Below are positions 1-8,137 of a DNA stretch of 64,000 nt, piece by piece. Both the position numbers and the translations under genes were made by a program. Each line of letters begins with the position of its first letter. Positions within the stretch are counted from its first letter, which is position 1. Origin of the DNA: a virus (lineage: Duplodnaviria; Caudoviricetes); the IMG/VR virus record IMGVR_UViG_3300030433_002269, positions 1-64,000 of that record; one strand, 5' to 3'. Under the pieces are notes generated by a model, which made no database searches, was not told the origin of the DNA, and saw only the letters and a program-made list of their open reading frames with translations.

Positions 1-102
1 GTCATGCTACAAGCATGTCATGAGGCTAATCTGCTACGAAGACAAGCATTACTTGACGCAGGTATTGATGACCCAGTAGACACAGGAGGCGAAGAAGAAT
101 GA
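1..102 (+). CDS. Partial small hypothetical protein (5' end outside window)
   Basis: Frame 1 is open from base 1 (VMLQACHE...GGEEE*); its stop overlaps the next ATG as ATGA at 99-102. Confidence 0.6.
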   Translation, partial: VMLQACHEANLLRRQALLDAGIDDPVDTGGEEE

Positions 103-557
103 GAGATAAAAGTAGAATGAAAACAGGCGTTATGGTATATCGAATGGATGATGAGAAATTGAATAAGTATGTGGCAGAGAGCGAATGGTTCTCTTCTCGT
201 ATGGAAGAGAATGAAGTCGGTAAATGTCCGAGTGGTGAGGGCATCATCCGTCACGGTGACGACGTATACTGGTTAGACACAGAGGGTGTGATTGTCACCC
301 AACCAATTAGTGAAGACAACCCCATCAAAGTAGGTGTCCGTAGTCACACAAAGAAAGACGGCGGAGGTACAGCAATCAGTATGTATCCTCAATGGCAAAT
401 CAATTTACATGGTGATGACCTTGTGGAATACTTCAGTGATGAAGGAGTCCCACTTGAGGACTTCGTGCGTCGATTTGGAACCAGATTGGAGAGCAACTTT
501 TGGGGCATCGTAGAATTCCTACGGGACATCAAAGTTATGGGTGAAGAGGAGGAATGA
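99..557 (+). CDS. Hypothetical protein, 152 aa
   Basis: ATGA overlap with upstream ORF; ends GAGGAGGAATGA. Confidence 0.8.
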   Translation: MRDKSRMKTGVMVYRMDDEKLNKYVAESEWFSSRMEENEVGKCPSGEGIIRHGDDVYWLDTEGVIVTQPISEDNPIKVGVRSHTKKDGGGTAISMYPQWQINLHGDDLVEYFSDEGVPLEDFVRRFGTRLESNFWGIVEFLRDIKVMGEEEE

Positions 558-713
558 ATGATGTGTACTTATGAGTGGCCGGAGTTGAATCCGAACTACA
601 ATTACACGGAAGAAGAAATCAAGTGGGCATTGGATAGCATCATTGACTTAGGTAAGATACCATCAACGGCAATTGTACTAAACTTTCTGAGGAAAACAAT
701 ACAGGAGGAATGA
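558..713 (+). CDS. Small hypothetical protein, 51 aa (below ORF-track cutoff)
   Basis: Hand translation MMCTYEWPEL...TIQEE*; GAGGAGG SD upstream; abuts previous stop. Confidence 0.6.
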   Translation: MMCTYEWPELNPNYNYTEEEIKWALDSIIDLGKIPSTAIVLNFLRKTIQEE

Positions 714-862
714 AGATGAACTGGCAACAGATACAGAACAAAGCCATCATTGGGTTGGTAGGCATAGCAGTACAATACATACAGGATGGGTACTATCAGG
801 AAGCAGAAGATACACTGCTTGGTATGATTATGACATTGGAAGGAACGAGGGGAGAGGCATGA
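710..862 (+). CDS. Small hypothetical protein, 50 aa
   Basis: Hand translation MKMNWQQIQN...GTRGEA*; ATGA overlaps at both ends. Confidence 0.6.
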   Translation: MKMNWQQIQNKAIIGLVGIAVQYIQDGYYQEAEDTLLGMIMTLEGTRGEA

Positions 863-984
863 CATTATCACCAGTAGAGTTTGAAGATGTTCAGCGTATG
901 TTAGTTCTCGCAAATGATAAGCAGTTAAAATGGATTGTGAATTGGATTATCGAACCGATGACTACACCGGAGAGTGAACTATAA
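859..984 (+). CDS. Small hypothetical protein, 41 aa
   Basis: Hand translation MTLSPVEFED...PESEL*; ATGA overlap at start, TAATG overlap at end. Confidence 0.55.
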   Translation: MTLSPVEFEDVQRMLVLANDKQLKWIVNWIIEPMTTPESEL

Positions 985-1340
985 TGATTGACACAGACAA
1001 ATACGAAGGGCATCTGAAAACAGTTATGGATTACATGACTGATTATTTCAATGGGAACTGGGATGAGAAGTTCAAACCCTGCCCTCATTGTGATGAAAAG
1101 GAATGGCCTGATTCAAGTTGTTCTTGTGGCTATAGTCGCATACCGGATATTCTAATGCACATTCAATGGTCGCATGATGAGTTATTCAGCCCCATACATG
1201 AAATGTCATCTGACCTGCTCGCAGAAGTCAAGCGGTTGCGTGAGATAGAGCGTGAGTGGAAACAGATGTGGTCTAAGTTAGAGGACTACCCTGACATGTG
1301 CGCTGAACTAATTTGCTTTATGGAGAGTGAAGAAGAATGA
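984..1340 (+). CDS. Hypothetical protein with Cys cluster, 118 aa
   Basis: CPHC...CSC; coupled to both neighbours. Confidence 0.75.
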   Translation: MIDTDKYEGHLKTVMDYMTDYFNGNWDEKFKPCPHCDEKEWPDSSCSCGYSRIPDILMHIQWSHDELFSPIHEMSSDLLAEVKRLREIEREWKQMWSKLEDYPDMCAELICFMESEEE

Positions 1341-1639
1341 CACTCATGAAGAAGTGGAAAGGTGGGGAACAGATTAACCTGAAATGGGTCAGGTCGATTG
1401 ATTGGCAAATGGAACTCGCCAGAGAATCCGATACAAGCATGCCTGAGTTCGTAATCACATTGGTAAATTGTCACTTCCCTGATTGTCAAGAGACCATGCC
1501 TAAGCCGAACGAACATGGCTACATCATGGTCGCAAGGGATGACAACAAACAAGCCGCCTGTGGTCATCATGCCAAAATGGACTTGAGAGTTTGCAATAAC
1601 GAATTGTGTAAGGTATGCGACTACGAAGGAGATGATTGA
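1337..1639 (+). CDS. Hypothetical Cys/His-rich (putative Zn-binding) protein, 100 aa
   Basis: CHFPDC, CGHH, CNNELC motifs; ATGA overlap. Confidence 0.7.
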   Translation: MTLMKKWKGGEQINLKWVRSIDWQMELARESDTSMPEFVITLVNCHFPDCQETMPKPNEHGYIMVARDDNKQAACGHHAKMDLRVCNNELCKVCDYEGDD

Positions 1640-1855
1640 ATGAGCAGACATTACAGTTACGAAAGGACATGGGTAGAGATAGAAGAGATGTTAGACATGG
1701 CCGAGCGCAAGCAAAATGAACACTACGTCAGGATGCAGAAGGGTAGTAGGAAGGAACGCATCTATCACATGAGGAATTACAAGGCGTTGGAAGGAGTAGT
1801 CAAATCCCTACGCTGGACTTTGGGAGACAAGGATATTTCCAATCCATTAGACTGA
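1640..1855 (+). CDS. Small hypothetical protein, 71 aa
   Basis: Abuts upstream stop; helical basic protein. Confidence 0.75.
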   Translation: MSRHYSYERTWVEIEEMLDMAERKQNEHYVRMQKGSRKERIYHMRNYKALEGVVKSLRWTLGDKDISNPLD

Positions 1856-1865
1856 GGACTTTTGG

Positions 1866-1874
1866 TTATAAATA
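1866..1874 (+). promoter_or_regulatory. Putative archaeal TATA box (TTATAAATA) for the 1911 ORF; TTTTT just upstream may terminate the previous unit
   Basis: Lies in a rare intergenic gap, 37 nt before ATG 1911, with AGAGGA SD in between. Confidence 0.5.
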
Positions 1875-1910
1875 CCGAAGAGAGAATGACTAACACAAAG
1901 AGGAATTGAA

Positions 1911-2615
1911 ATGAGTTATACAATTGAATGTAACAGTTGTGGACAACCCTTCACGAAGTTCTCCATCAAGAGCAGGGAGAACCGTTGTTTCGACTGTAGA
2001 AGTAATAAGAAATCGGTGAACAAGTACGTTAACCTCAAGAATCAAAGAGCGAATCAGGCGGCTGAAGTTTTGGAACGGATAGATACATTGGAGCAAGATA
2101 TCGCCAGCCTAACTAACAGCGTCAATGCTCTGCATGATGCTATAGATGTAGCCGTTTGTTCTCAACTTGAGTCCGTTATCGGAAGCGCAATCGACGAACA
2201 CTATTCGGCTATCACTAAGGCACTCGCTACGGTTAACACTCGCTCAAAGCAAGCGTTTGAGATAGCGACTACCTTACAAGACACAGTCAAGAAAACAACG
2301 GCGTCTCAGAAGAAAGGGTACGCTAAGGGTAAGCGGGAGTCTGAGCGGAGGAAGGTACGTGCATCTGATTACGAAACCATGATGATTTCACTATACGATT
2401 GGCTAAGTAGCGATACAGTTTATGCAAACAAGTACAATTACTTTGGGCGAAAGTTCGTGGTAGAGAATTCAGATAGTCCTTGGTATAACATCTACCCCCA
2501 CGTAGCGACCAATTTACTTTCATCAATGGTAGTGAAAGGTCTTCTCGTGACCAATGGTAGGAACAAGCGAGGGCGAAGATACAAACTCCCTGAACATGCT
2601 AACTTGGAGGAATGA
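1911..2615 (+). CDS. Zn-ribbon / coiled-coil / winged-helix protein (putative regulator)
   Basis: CNSC...CFDC at N-terminus, heptad-like middle, wHTH-like end (LLSSMVVKGLLVTNGRNKRGRRYKL). Confidence 0.6.
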   Translation: MSYTIECNSCGQPFTKFSIKSRENRCFDCRSNKKSVNKYVNLKNQRANQAAEVLERIDTLEQDIASLTNSVNALHDAIDVAVCSQLESVIGSAIDEHYSAITKALATVNTRSKQAFEIATTLQDTVKKTTASQKKGYAKGKRESERRKVRASDYETMMISLYDWLSSDTVYANKYNYFGRKFVVENSDSPWYNIYPHVATNLLSSMVVKGLLVTNGRNKRGRRYKLPEHANLEE

Positions 2616-2803
2616 AAATGAATAGAGACATAATGAGAATTAAGAAAGAACTGAAGAAAGAACTGGAGAAGTGGCAGTGGGATTACTACATCGCCACAGG
2701 CATCAAGCCTGCACTATTGGTGAGTGACTTCGGGTCACGACTTGAGGTGCAACTACCGGAGACTGTAGAGAAAGACGGGCGGGTCGCAGAAGAGGAGGAA
2801 TGA
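2612..2803 (+). CDS. Small hypothetical protein, 63 aa
   Basis: ATGA overlaps; ends GAGGAGGAATGA. Confidence 0.7.
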   Translation: MKMNRDIMRIKKELKKELEKWQWDYYIATGIKPALLVSDFGSRLEVQLPETVEKDGRVAEEEE

Positions 2804-3036
2804 ATATGGATTGGAGAGAAGAAGTAGAAGTATATGACGACTGTTACATTTGTGAAACTATATTGTGGAATGTACGACATGAGATTGAGCCGCCCGTTGG
2901 AGGCTATGTTATGTTTGCATCAAGTAGTCCTGAAACAAATATACCATATCTAATAGAACACTCTATTGACCCATCAGACATTTGTGTTTGTATCATTGCA
3001 GGTAACGAAACAGTTTGGTACAAGAAGGAGGAATGA
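2800..3036 (+). CDS. Small hypothetical protein, 78 aa
   Basis: ATGA overlap; CYIC...CVC. Confidence 0.65.
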   Translation: MNMDWREEVEVYDDCYICETILWNVRHEIEPPVGGYVMFASSSPETNIPYLIEHSIDPSDICVCIIAGNETVWYKKEE

Positions 3037-3046
3037 GGGGAGAAGC

Positions 3047-3457
3047 ATGAAGATGGAAGATTATGAAAAGCAGGCAGAGGAATTGACCAAGCAGGCCGCT
3101 AAGTTAGAGGCGACCATGCTGACATTCAAAGCACTGCAAGAGTGCATGAAGACAGGCTTCAACTTTGATTTCTGGATAGACGAAGAGAGCAAGGCCATCC
3201 AAGGTATGTGCAACAAGAGTGGCATCTACATTAGAGCAGAGAACTACACCATGTGGTTTGATGAGAATAACGAGGAAGGCTTTGGTGAATTGGCAGGTAA
3301 GAAGTTGGAAGACATCGACGTAGAAATCCCCGAGCCTTCTCCAGAAACCACAGAAACAGATGAGAAACCTTCAGTTCCAGTGGAGAATACCAAGCGAACA
3401 GATGGGACTTATCGAGTAGATGTATCGAACATATTAGGGAGAGGTAAAGATGACTAA
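3047..3457 (+). CDS. Hypothetical acidic protein (start revised to ATG 3047)
   Basis: In frame with the 2966 ORF; GAGGGGAG SD; avoids a long overlap. Confidence 0.7.
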   Translation: MKMEDYEKQAEELTKQAAKLEATMLTFKALQECMKTGFNFDFWIDEESKAIQGMCNKSGIYIRAENYTMWFDENNEEGFGELAGKKLEDIDVEIPEPSPETTETDEKPSVPVENTKRTDGTYRVDVSNILGRGKDD

Positions 3458-3614
3458 GCCTGACATAACTGTTTATCGCTCAGAAAGAGATGGGCACTGG
3501 GTGGTTGAGATAGATACACCTGATATGCCCGAAACTGACAAAGGGCCGATAATGCGCATTTGGTTAAACGAGCATGAACTTTACAATGTAGGAGAAGGAG
3601 TAGTGATTGAATGA
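3450..3614 (+). CDS. Small hypothetical protein, 54 aa
   Basis: Hand translation MTKPDITVYR...GVVIE*; fills the gap in the coupled array. Confidence 0.6.
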   Translation: MTKPDITVYRSERDGHWVVEIDTPDMPETDKGPIMRIWLNEHELYNVGEGVVIE

Positions 3615-3736
3615 ACAGCACAGAAGCAAGAAAATACATTGAAAGGTTCATTCATGATGCGTTTGAGGAACCACGACTTGTACTTACAGATACAGACTAT
3701 CGTGACCATTTACTTGAGGTATTGAAGAAGGTGTAA
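3611..3736 (+). CDS. Small hypothetical protein, 41 aa
   Basis: Hand translation MNSTEARKYI...VLKKV*; ATGA overlap. Confidence 0.55.
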   Translation: MNSTEARKYIERFIHDAFEEPRLVLTDTDYRDHLLEVLKKV

Positions 3737-3738
3737 AT

Positions 3739-4263
3739 ATGAACATATTCGTATTAGATAAGAACCCTGAGAGAGCAGCACAAATGCACTGCGACAAGCA
3801 CATCCCCAAGATGTGTGTAGAAGCAGCACAGATGATGGCATCAGCCCTGCGCCGACACGGTGCGACTGATGAGCAGATGCCATTGACCAAGAGTGGTACA
3901 CCCTACAAGGGCGGCTACGCTCACCATCCATGCACTGTATGGGCTGGCGATAGCGAAGCCAATTTCATTTGGCTTGCTCGCCATGCGATAGAATTGTGTG
4001 TCCAATACGAAAATCGCTTTGGCAAAGTTCATGCTTGTAGAGACCCAATACATTCGATGATTGGATTGATACCTTTGTTTACCGACAAATATCCAAGTCC
4101 TAAAGCATCACTTACACCATTCGCACAGGCTATGCCTGATGAATACCGTGACGATGATGCGGTCAAGGCATATCAAGCATACTACCATTCCAAGCAGTTC
4201 GCCAAGTGGGAGAAGGGAACACCTGCTCCTGACTGGTGGCAAGGCGTGGAGGTGACGGCGTGA
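3739..4263 (+). CDS. denV: Pyrimidine-dimer DNA glycosylase / T4 endonuclease V-like family protein
   Basis: MNIFVLD...HCDKHIPKMCVEAAQM, HHPCTVW, PFAQAMPDEY, AYQAYY family motifs. Confidence 0.85.
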   Translation: MNIFVLDKNPERAAQMHCDKHIPKMCVEAAQMMASALRRHGATDEQMPLTKSGTPYKGGYAHHPCTVWAGDSEANFIWLARHAIELCVQYENRFGKVHACRDPIHSMIGLIPLFTDKYPSPKASLTPFAQAMPDEYRDDDAVKAYQAYYHSKQFAKWEKGTPAPDWWQGVEVTA

Positions 4264-4541
4264 GAAAAAGTATGAACTTTTATTGTTACATGTGTAGTCC
4301 CGAAGCAGAACCATTTTACTATGAGCCTTTGGTGGCAGGTGAATGCACTTATTGGGATAACCCCACCGAGTTAGATACATGCCCTGCTCATGGTGATTCA
4401 AAGAAGTTAAGATTGAGAGTTACACTACCTAAGAAACATCCTTTGTATGTTCCGAAAGGTAGGGTGCTTAGGTGGAAAGCAGACGGTGAGTTTGATTGGT
4501 CTGAGTTAGGGGATGAAGAAGGCGTGGAGGTGACGGCATGA
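4260..4541 (+). CDS. Hypothetical Cys-containing protein (GTG start in GTGA overlap)
   Basis: GGAGGTGA SD 4 nt upstream; CYMC...C...C; ends GVEVTA. Confidence 0.7.
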   Translation: MRKSMNFYCYMCSPEAEPFYYEPLVAGECTYWDNPTELDTCPAHGDSKKLRLRVTLPKKHPLYVPKGRVLRWKADGEFDWSELGDEEGVEVTA

Positions 4542-4642
4542 GTTTAGCATGGATAATGAGGGACTTTATTGAAAGATGCGAAGAATGTAACAAGATGAAG
4601 TCAAAGACAGCGGAATGTAAATGCGTGGAGGTGACGGCGTGA
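4538..4642 (+). CDS. Micro-ORF, 34 aa, CxxC...CxC
   Basis: MSLAWIMRDFIERCEECNKMKSKTAECKCVEVTA*; SD plus ATGA overlap. Confidence 0.6.
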   Translation: MSLAWIMRDFIERCEECNKMKSKTAECKCVEVTA

Positions 4643-4758
4643 AGAAATGTCCAACTTGTGGTAACACAGACATAATGAGATGTCGCTTTACCAACGAGGA
4701 GGTAATTGATGGTTACATAACATGGTATTGCGGTCACTACAGGGCGGTGAAAAAATGA
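4639..4758 (+). CDS. Micro-ORF, 39 aa, putative Zn finger
   Basis: MKKCPTCGNTDIMRCRF...YCGHYRAVKK*; its stop overlaps the RFC ATG. Confidence 0.6.
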   Translation: MKKCPTCGNTDIMRCRFTNEEVIDGYITWYCGHYRAVKK

Positions 4759-5696
4759 TAGTATGGAGAGAGAAATACAGACCAAACAAAATAGACGACC
4801 TAGCAGGTTGTAAGGAATTCAAAGAAGCAGCCAAGTCTTGGCTATCAAAGGGTAGCCTACCAGCAAACATGCTGTTCGTAGGGCCACCCGGTACAGGTAA
4901 AACTAGTGCAGCCAATGCATTGGCTAGAGACTTGTATGGTGAATACTTTGACAAGATTAACTTCATTGTAACTAATGCATCTGATGATAGAGGAATAGAC
5001 TTTGTCAGAGAACTAAAGCATATGGCTAAGCAGAAGGGCATAGGTGTAAGAAGAAAGATATTCGTTTTAGATGAGGCTGATAGCCTTACACCCGCTGCTC
5101 AGAAAGCACTGAGACAAGTAATGGAGGATAGCCACAAGACGGCTATCTTTATCCTAACTGCTAATGACATAGGTCCTATACACAGTGCGATTAGAGACAG
5201 ATGTATGACATTTAATTTCACACCCGTGAGTGACGAAGAAGCGGAACATAGGTTACTGAAGATTCACGAATCAGAGTCTCTTCCTGAGACTTGGAAAGAG
5301 CAATACAGGTCTTTGAACAGGCTTGTAAACGGTAGCCTGCGCAGCAGTATAGACATATTACAGTCAATACCCAAAGAGGATGAAGCACTGTCAATACACC
5401 TGAGAAGAGACACCCAGTATCTAAACAGGGCAGCGATGAACTTTGCTGGCGGCGACTTTGCTTCAGTGAGTACACTTCTTAAGAGTGAACTAAGTAAAGG
5501 CAATTCAAAGATAGGAACCCTTAAAGGGCTGCGCTTCCGAGTGCGGTCCCTGTTGGAGGAAGAAAGAGAATGGTATGCATTCATGTTGACCTATGGAGAA
5601 TTCATACTGATGGCCAATCTGTGGCCTGATGATGATGATTCATTTGTCGACTATTTCATTTCAAAACTAAAGAAAAACATGGAGGAAAAAGCATGA
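4755..5696 (+). CDS. rfcS: Replication factor C small subunit (clamp loader)
   Basis: WREKYRP, GPPGTGKT, NASDDRGIDFVR, LDEADSLTPAAQKALR, SRC-like IRDRC. Confidence 0.95.
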   Translation: MIVWREKYRPNKIDDLAGCKEFKEAAKSWLSKGSLPANMLFVGPPGTGKTSAANALARDLYGEYFDKINFIVTNASDDRGIDFVRELKHMAKQKGIGVRRKIFVLDEADSLTPAAQKALRQVMEDSHKTAIFILTANDIGPIHSAIRDRCMTFNFTPVSDEEAEHRLLKIHESESLPETWKEQYRSLNRLVNGSLRSSIDILQSIPKEDEALSIHLRRDTQYLNRAAMNFAGGDFASVSTLLKSELSKGNSKIGTLKGLRFRVRSLLEEEREWYAFMLTYGEFILMANLWPDDDDSFVDYFISKLKKNMEEKA

Positions 5697-6994
5697 ACGA
5701 AGAACGAAACCAAAACTGGCCTGAGGCTGTTATCGAGCGCCTACAGGCTTACGCAGAGAGAACGAACAAAAAAGTCGGTGAGGCGGCGAACGAGTTTAAG
5801 GACTGGCTCCGTAAGGAATTTTCAGTAGACAACCCGTTGGATGAAGATGAAGACTACCTAGTATCGTGGTCAGAAATGTTTGTCATTGAAACCCGCAACC
5901 TTGGTGGCTCAAGTGGAGGTCGTCAGACTACTACATTTGTAGGTCACATCGTAGGTGTAGACGAATCAGTCAGAGATTACCGAGAGAACGCTAGGACCAA
6001 TGCTATCAACATGTTCCGCCAAGACAGCAGTCGAGCAATCGATGATGGACATGTGGGTATCGTATCCGCTAAGGAAGGAGTATGGCATGTGAACGGCAAG
6101 CCGACCGACGAAAAGGTCGAAGGTAGTGACCTACCTTGGTTCGGTATGGAAGTTGATGACAGAGTCATCTGTCTACTAACTAGTGGTAACCCAGACCCTG
6201 CTCGTAACGGTAAGCCTATGGCACCTAAGAGCGAGAGTCGAACACTATACTTACTAGGTAATTCAGAAGAGAGATTCAATGACGACATCCGACTATGGCG
6301 TGTCTCACTCAGTGGAGAGGCGATGACATCTGAATACGAGATTGGAAGACCAGTCAAGATTCAAGTCATCCCATCAAACAAACCTGACAGTGACACTGTG
6401 TATACTAACTATGATTTCTTGAAGACTCTTGAGTATACTGACTCCTTTGTATCACCGGAGGATGCACACATGCTCAAGCCCGAGAAGTTCTTGGTCAACG
6501 ATAACATGCACGATGTTTACTCTAACCTAGATGAACTACCTGATACCTACGAGAACAAGAAGATTGCTTGGAGCAATGGCAATGGTTACAGTGGACCACT
6601 AGTAATCGTCAAAGGTTTCGTCAGCAGACTTAACCGTGAGCCTAACCCAAGTGACTACGACCAAACAGGTCGCTCTTTTAGACTGAGCATCACTGGACTT
6701 TCTTTGCAGTCTCGCCACGGTAGAGACAGTGCAATGAGCGAAATCACAGTATGGGTCCCGGGCCGTGTCTACGACAACACCCACCCATTTGAATTCAAGG
6801 ACCAGTATGGTGAATGGAAGCCTTATGCAGAGCGCACTCAAGTGCTAGTCTTCGGACGATTGAAGATGCGCCCTTACAAGGACGACCTCACTCCAACAAT
6901 CACTGCTTACGGTATCTATGTGCCACCAAGAACCGCCCGACCGGGTGCAACTGGTGGAGATACCAGCCTAGGTCAATTCGGGGGTGAGCAGTGA
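5693..6994 (+). CDS. Probable ssDNA-binding (RPA-like, OB-fold) protein
   Basis: Beta-rich segments, position in replisome cluster, short acidic/Gly tail; no diagnostic motif. Confidence 0.5.
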   Translation: MNEERNQNWPEAVIERLQAYAERTNKKVGEAANEFKDWLRKEFSVDNPLDEDEDYLVSWSEMFVIETRNLGGSSGGRQTTTFVGHIVGVDESVRDYRENARTNAINMFRQDSSRAIDDGHVGIVSAKEGVWHVNGKPTDEKVEGSDLPWFGMEVDDRVICLLTSGNPDPARNGKPMAPKSESRTLYLLGNSEERFNDDIRLWRVSLSGEAMTSEYEIGRPVKIQVIPSNKPDSDTVYTNYDFLKTLEYTDSFVSPEDAHMLKPEKFLVNDNMHDVYSNLDELPDTYENKKIAWSNGNGYSGPLVIVKGFVSRLNREPNPSDYDQTGRSFRLSITGLSLQSRHGRDSAMSEITVWVPGRVYDNTHPFEFKDQYGEWKPYAERTQVLVFGRLKMRPYKDDLTPTITAYGIYVPPRTARPGATGGDTSLGQFGGEQ

Positions 6995-8013
6995 TGGCAG
7001 GCTTCGGAGCAATGAAGAAGACACAGGAGTCAGAAATCCCATTGGAGTTCTTGGCTTCTGATGCTGACAGCAATGTGAAACCGGCGGCACCTCCACAGGA
7101 GGTTGCCCCGGAGCCACAGGCTATCTCCTCGTCCTTCCCGGGACTAGAAGCAGAGTTCTTGAACCAAGTAAATCCAAACCGCATGAGACCTAGTAAGGTC
7201 TTTTGTGGAGTAGTTGGTAACGAAGGTACAGGTAAGTCTGGTATTGTTATCGATGGTCACATGCACAGATACCCTGAGGGTATGCTATGGGCAATGGACT
7301 GGGATAACGGCGCTATGGCCTGCAAGGAAGCACACTACCCCGGCGAAGATGAGCGAATCAGAATATGGTCACCTTGGGTTATGCAGAAGGGAGACCGAAC
7401 TGCTTACGATTACCCAGAAACACACAACCGTGTAATGGACCTTCTGAGATTCGCTGTAGAATATGCAGAAAAGCAAACCAAGCCTAACTTTGAAGGTAGA
7501 AAACTCAACACTTTCCTAGTCACATCTGTCGACCAGTTCGACCAAGTATGTATGAACAACATGAAGATATTCGACTTGGAAACTGACACTAAAGATGCAA
7601 TCGCTGCGGCGAAAACAGCGGTTAATCAGCAGATTGGTTGGAACTGGAACATCCGTTCTACTAGATTCAAGCAGATGACCGCTCTATGCCAGCGACTGAA
7701 CAGTTTAGGTGTGGATGTCTATTGGGAAACCCACCTCAAAGAGGACAAGGACGGCAAAGTTGGATTTGACGGCTGGAAGTTCGCTTGGGAAAAGAGTGCA
7801 AACAACGACCTATTCCAAATCATCTGGTGCCATGCTCGTAAAACGAGAGGCGATGATGGTAAGGAGACAGGAGAAATCCGTCACAGCGCAGAGTTCTTCA
7901 AGCAGAAGACTAACTCCGACCTCAAGGGTCAGGAGAGGGTCTACTTCGTAACTAAGAAGGGTGAGCCAGCACAATGGCTCGGCTTACCAGAACTGCGTGA
8001 GGGACTACTCTGA
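6994..8013 (+). CDS. RecA-superfamily (Sak4/RadA-like) ATPase
   Basis: Walker A GNEGTGKS, Walker B-like VTSVDQFD, downstream VYWETH motif. Confidence 0.7.
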   Translation: MAGFGAMKKTQESEIPLEFLASDADSNVKPAAPPQEVAPEPQAISSSFPGLEAEFLNQVNPNRMRPSKVFCGVVGNEGTGKSGIVIDGHMHRYPEGMLWAMDWDNGAMACKEAHYPGEDERIRIWSPWVMQKGDRTAYDYPETHNRVMDLLRFAVEYAEKQTKPNFEGRKLNTFLVTSVDQFDQVCMNNMKIFDLETDTKDAIAAAKTAVNQQIGWNWNIRSTRFKQMTALCQRLNSLGVDVYWETHLKEDKDGKVGFDGWKFAWEKSANNDLFQIIWCHARKTRGDDGKETGEIRHSAEFFKQKTNSDLKGQERVYFVTKKGEPAQWLGLPELREGLL

Positions 8014-8137
8014 TACACACATGGGGTCCTTGGTAAGGTAATTGGGTACATGCTTTTTCCTTTTAGGCGAGGCTGTTGGTACCACCGACTCACCACGAGA
8101 TGAGTCGTACCCTCCCCCACCCGTGTAGGTGATTACT
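8014..8137 (+). promoter_or_regulatory. Structured intergenic element (multi-stem RNA with internal oligo-T tract) adjoining the downstream SD
   Basis: Complementary pairs TACAC/GTGTA, TGGGG/CCCCA, GGGTAC/GTACCC, CGACTCA/TGAGTCG, CCTT/AAGG; TTTTTCCTTTT at 8054-8064. Confidence 0.5.

Larger units (their letters stand above)
4244..4642 (+). repeat. Three copies of 20-bp GCGTGGAGGTGACGGC(G/A)TGA at 4244, 4522 and 4623
   Basis: Read directly; each copy encodes the last codons (VEVTA*) of one ORF plus the SD and start of the next. Confidence 0.95.

Noticed and set aside
4244-4642. Three-copy repeat as a mini CRISPR array
   Set aside because: Spacers are 258 and 81 nt and are protein-coding, and the repeat itself encodes SD/stop/start.
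8022-8119. tRNA-Lys(UUU)-like reading of the intergenic element (CTTTTAG loop, GTTGG/CCGAC arm)
   Set aside because: The anticodon stem pairs poorly, the T-loop lacks TTCRA and there is no proper 7-bp acceptor stem; kept only as a generic structured RNA.
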